Shown: piece after piece, positions 60,101 to 64,000 of the stretch | Layout of the letters: each line of letters opens with the position of its first letter | How positions within the stretch are numbered: the stretch's first letter is position 1 | NCBI GenBank assembly: GCA_004764695.1 | Contig: SMSO01000031.1 | Coordinates: forward strand, 6,120,761-6,184,760 | Length of the DNA: 64,000 bases | Source: Schizochytrium sp. TIO01 | Lineage: Eukaryota; Protista; Bigyra: Labyrinthulomycetes | Direction: 5' to 3' | Program-made: the position numbers and the translations under genes | The notes under the pieces: model-generated | What the model was told of the DNA's origin: nothing | What the model saw: only the letters and a program-made list of their open reading frames with translations | Database searches by the model: none

Positions 60101-60827
60101 AGCCTCCCACCAGCAAATAATCACCATTGTCGAAGTAAGATACCGTGCAAGGATCAAAATCTAGCTTGCGATCTTTACCTAGCTGGATTCCAGAAACTTG
60201 GTAGAAAGACAGAGTGCTATCCCAGCAACCCACGGCCAGGACTGGAACCTGATCACTACGAGCAGGGTGCCACGCAAGGCTCCACACGGGTGCGTTACGT
60301 TCAATTGAGACCTTTTCCTGACCAGTCTGATCCCGAATACTTACTTGGCCGTTGTAAAGGCCAAGGGCCAGGTGCTGACCGTCTTGCGTCCAGTCACAGC
60401 ATAGAATGCGAGCTCCCACCCGAGTCCGGGTGACAGACTTCTCTTCAGGGATGCAGAGGCCAAAATCATTCGCTGTGCAGCTTGCCAGTTGTTTTGTGAC
60501 GGGGTTGAACTTGATCTTTTGAATTGTATCCGAGTGCGAGTACTTGAGCACTCCCTCGGCCTTTTTGGTCCAAATTATAACGGTGTTGTCCGCACCACCC
60601 GAAGCAAAGTTTTCGCCATCTGTCGAGTAATCTACAGTATACACGGTGTCTTTGTGGGACTTGAGAGAGTGGGCAAGATCACCAGTCGCAGCTTCATATA
60701 CAAGCACACGGCTCCCAGCTGCCGCTACTAGGCGGCTTCCGTCGGGACTAAAGGCTAGATCCCAGATGGTGCTTTTCTGGTTATCGCGTTCAGGCACACT
60801 GTCGCTCCAGGAGCAGGTAGCCCTCAT
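57171..60827 (-). CDS. IFT122: Intraflagellar transport protein 122 (IFT-A complex), 1218 aa, intronless
   Basis: N-terminal WD40s ([51 protein letters not shown]). IFT122-typical motifs WEMES-like [63 protein letters not shown]. C-terminal CxxC zinc-binding motifs. Confidence 0.97.
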   Translation of the reverse strand: [1218 protein letters not shown]

Positions 60828-61218
60828 CTTGCAAAGCTTTCGAGACCGCTGGCCTTGCCAACACCCAAAAGCACTGCGTGAACTAGAGCGTTTGGACTCT
60901 CTTCAGAGGCCTCCTCCTCCAGCGGGTTTTACTTTGCTCAAGGCAGTCTTCATAATTTGGGAAAAGGTCTATTTATGGGCTCAACGGTCATCTGCACAGA
61001 AACGAGCACTTTTGTTATGGGTAATATGATCCTCATTTGCTTCAATACATCGCGCCCACTATTACAGGAGATAGGGGATCCGCTTGTAGCCAGTCAACCA
61101 GCCAGCCATGGCGCCGTCGAAAATGCAATGCAGACCTGAACAACACAGCGTGAAGAACGATGGTCCTTTCGAAGTAGAACTTCTGGGATGCTTGCACATC
61201 ATTCTCTTGTAAATCTGT

Positions 61219-61264
61219 GTGTGTATGTATGTATGTATGTATGTATGTATGTATGTATGTATGT
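61219..61264. repeat. (GTAT)n microsatellite between the divergent IFT122 and TMTC-like genes
   Basis: Directly visible. Confidence 0.9.
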
Positions 61265-61744
61265 CATACATGCTACTAAGGGTAACCTACCAATGCCGTA
61301 AGACTGTGCTACTTTCTTACTTACTATCTATCATATTCATAGACATGGTACAAATGCTTTACATTAAGCAAATAGACAGTCTTAGGTAATAAGTGGAGAG
61401 CTGCGCATTTCGGCAGCGGCATTCGGAATCTCCAGGGATATCGGGATATCACGAGCACATGACTGAGGTCTGCGCTCTCGAGCTCCACTGACAGCCATGA
61501 CCAGTCTACATTGTGGTAGAATTGTTCTATTAAAAAGAAAAATTAATTTGGGTTTTTTATTTTCAATGAGCTCTTTTGGCAGAGCAATAATAATTGATGG
61601 GTACTCTGATTTGGATACAGCATAGTACGCAGTACACAATCGCGTGGGTCCCCGACATCTTGGGCCACCTCAGAGCTGGCAAGACCTGCTTTGGGGCAAC
61701 CACCTTGCATGCCTCGAGCACTTCGAGCCCAACTGGCCGAGAAG

Positions 61745-63637
61745 ATGGCTCCACCGCGAAAGATTGCCTCAAAGGGTGAGACGAATGAGATGGAAAATGC
61801 GCGGACCGATACCCAGACGAACACTTCGTGGACTTTGCCTATTAGTTGTTTGGGAGCTCTTATTGCGTACTGCGCGATGAACGATTATGGTATGCTTCAC
61901 GGAGCATTTACGGGCCGTGATGTTAACTTGGTTCTAAATAACAAACTTGTGCAAGGCAATGCTACGTTGGCGGACTTTTGGAGCCACGACGTCCGAGGCG
62001 AACCGCTATTATCAAGTGATAGTACCAACATATTCAGACCAATATCTACACTTTCGTTCCGAGCGAATGCACTCTGGTCGCATAGCATTGAGGATACTTA
62101 CTGGTACCATCTCACTAACTTGGGGTTGCACGTGCTCGCAACGTTTTTAGTTGGACTTGTAGTGGGTGCAGTTGTGTTTGGTCCTCATCGGCCTGTAGCT
62201 GCGCTGGGATCAACGATATTGTTTGCGTTGCATCCTGTGCACGCAGAAGCAGTAGGGAATGTCTCCGGTCGCGAAGATCTACTTCTTGCTGTGTTTTACT
62301 TGCTAGGGTTTCTTTGGTACGCGTCTTTTGCAAAGTCGCAGTCAACAGCAGAAAATTTTCTTGGGCACCTCGGAACTGCTGTTTTTGGATTTTTAGCAAC
62401 ATTTTCTCATGAGGCAGGTGTGATGCTTGGTGTTAGCGTTTCGCTTTATGAGCTTGGAAAAGCAAATTCTTCGTCGCATCAAATTAACTTGAAAAACTTA
62501 GGGGTCACTGCTGTCTGGACAGGTGTGATCGGTTACGCTCGTACCCAAGCTCTCGGCGTTCAGCTTTCCCCTGGCGTCGATCCAGTTAACAATCCAATTG
62601 GTCATATTCAGTCTGACCCCATGAAATTTTTCTTGTCCACCTCGTGGCTGTATTGTCTACAAGTCCGTGAAATATTTTGGACGGACTCATATTCCCTGGA
62701 TTGGTCCGGAGATAGCATCTCTGCAGTCGAAAGTCTCTCTGATTGGCGATGCAAATACATCATTTTACTCTGGAGTGGACTGGCTGCAAGTGTTATACTT
62801 TCTTTGTTCAAATCATCATTTCGGGAAGCCTTTTTTATTGTCTTCGGCTCTTTGACACTCGCACCATTCTTGGTGTCTTCAAACCTTCTCTTCCCAGCAG
62901 AATTTACAAAGGCAGATCATATTTTGTATTTGCCTTCGATTGGTGCTTGTATTGTGTATGGAAGCTTACTTGAGCTCTTAATGTCAAGGTGCGCAAGTAG
63001 CAAATTAAAATCAGTCCTGGTGCAGAGTCTCGCTGCTGGTATGCTTCTTCTATGGCTGAATGCTTTGTACCATCGTAGTACACTATTTTCTTCTCCTTTA
63101 CGAGTGTGGCAAACTTCCTTCACAACGAACTCGGGAAGTCATGCGGTGCGGGTAAACGCGGCGCAAGAACTTCGCCAAATCGGTGCCTTCGCAGCCGCAG
63201 AAAAGGTCTTGCGGCCCCTTGTCGGCCCGGATGCCGATACCGAAGTTCTCACGCTTTACGGTACCATCTCTGCTGATATGCATAACTGCTCTCTTGTGCA
63301 TGCATACCTTCATGATGCTGTGATGACTGCAAACGATGTTTTAGGAAAGGCGATTGAGTCAGGAAAGGATTTCAGCAAGGAGAGGCGCATCCTCAGCAAC
63401 CTCTTAACTGCACAAGGTCTATGCATGACATTGGTAGATATACCTGCGGCAGGTAAGGTACTCTATGCAGCTGCTGTAGCAGACCCAACTAATTTGTTTG
63501 CAACAGAGCAAGGAAGTAATTTGCTGCACCGTGTAAACCTGATGAAAATACAAGCAAACAAACTGCAGCAACATCAGCTCCTTCAAGCACAAGTGAAAAA
63601 TATTATGAAGAACGCAAACCGTCAGCAAGGGTTGTAA
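61745..63637 (+). CDS. TMTC: TMTC-family (GT-C, DUF1736) protein O-mannosyltransferase-like membrane protein with short degenerate TPR tail
   Basis: Family motifs FRPISTLSFRAN, YHLTNLGLH, LFALHPVHAEAV..VSGREDLL, YSLDWS..SI, SNLLFP....ADHILYLPSIG. Best-context ATG at 61745; an alternative in-frame ATG lies at 61709. Confidence 0.88.
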   Translation: MAPPRKIASKGETNEMENARTDTQTNTSWTLPISCLGALIAYCAMNDYGMLHGAFTGRDVNLVLNNKLVQGNATLADFWSHDVRGEPLLSSDSTNIFRPISTLSFRANALWSHSIEDTYWYHLTNLGLHVLATFLVGLVVGAVVFGPHRPVAALGSTILFALHPVHAEAVGNVSGREDLLLAVFYLLGFLWYASFAKSQSTAENFLGHLGTAVFGFLATFSHEAGVMLGVSVSLYELGKANSSSHQINLKNLGVTAVWTGVIGYARTQALGVQLSPGVDPVNNPIGHIQSDPMKFFLSTSWLYCLQVREIFWTDSYSLDWSGDSISAVESLSDWRCKYIILLWSGLAASVILSLFKSSFREAFFIVFGSLTLAPFLVSSNLLFPAEFTKADHILYLPSIGACIVYGSLLELLMSRCASSKLKSVLVQSLAAGMLLLWLNALYHRSTLFSSPLRVWQTSFTTNSGSHAVRVNAAQELRQIGAFAAAEKVLRPLVGPDADTEVLTLYGTISADMHNCSLVHAYLHDAVMTANDVLGKAIESGKDFSKERRILSNLLTAQGLCMTLVDIPAAGKVLYAAAVADPTNLFATEQGSNLLHRVNLMKIQANKLQQHQLLQAQVKNIMKNANRQQGL

Positions 63638-64000
63638 TGAGCTATACAGTGCTAGTCTCAAAGTGCAAAATATAAAGTCATCAGCAATGCAGTGCATACC
63701 AGTTCAGACCGTTGTGGAAGAGTAGAATTTGTGTTAAGAATTGGCGTATGTTTTTGATAAATATTATTTTCGCCCGTTTTGCATGATCCAATATTTAAAC
63801 TATCCATTTCTGCTTCATAATTAACTAACAAAACAGTACAAACCAAAACCTGAAATCTAAAAAACAAACAGTATAAACTTTCTTCTTTAACTGAGTTATT
63901 GGATATTGGATATGATATTTGCAAATGATGGAACCTTGAAGGGCTTAGAACTTTGATGTCAGAGAAACCGAAGCATGGTCGACCCATGTTGAGTGCAGCC

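Overview
Eukaryotic nuclear DNA with long, almost intron-free genes and microsatellite-rich intergenic tracts. Gene content and style suggest a flagellated protist, most plausibly a thraustochytrid/labyrinthulomycete stramenopile; this is inference, not a database result. Recognisable genes are a TPR/coiled-coil protein, an MscS mechanosensitive channel, a small 2-TM protein, a bacterial-type formate-tetrahydrofolate ligase with a mitochondrial-like presequence, IFT122 and a divergent TMTC-like O-mannosyltransferase. Three observations stand out. (1) Two distant paralogues (5.2-6.5 kb and 32.6-34.7 kb) share a probable Ig-fold DNA-binding domain of the p53/STAT/CudA/velvet type, and the second is split by a single +1 frameshift. 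(2) A ~2 kb tandem duplication (7.8-9.9 kb and 10.9-12.8 kb) carries, in each copy, an acidic Met/His-rich microprotein gene preceded by a strictly 16-bp-phased array of GAATTC palindromes; core and spacing are conserved while the spacers have diverged. (3) A long gene-poor stretch (13-29 kb) of apparent decayed coding fragments is punctuated by TACC/GGTA motifs. No tRNA, rRNA, CRISPR array or intact transposase was found by eye.
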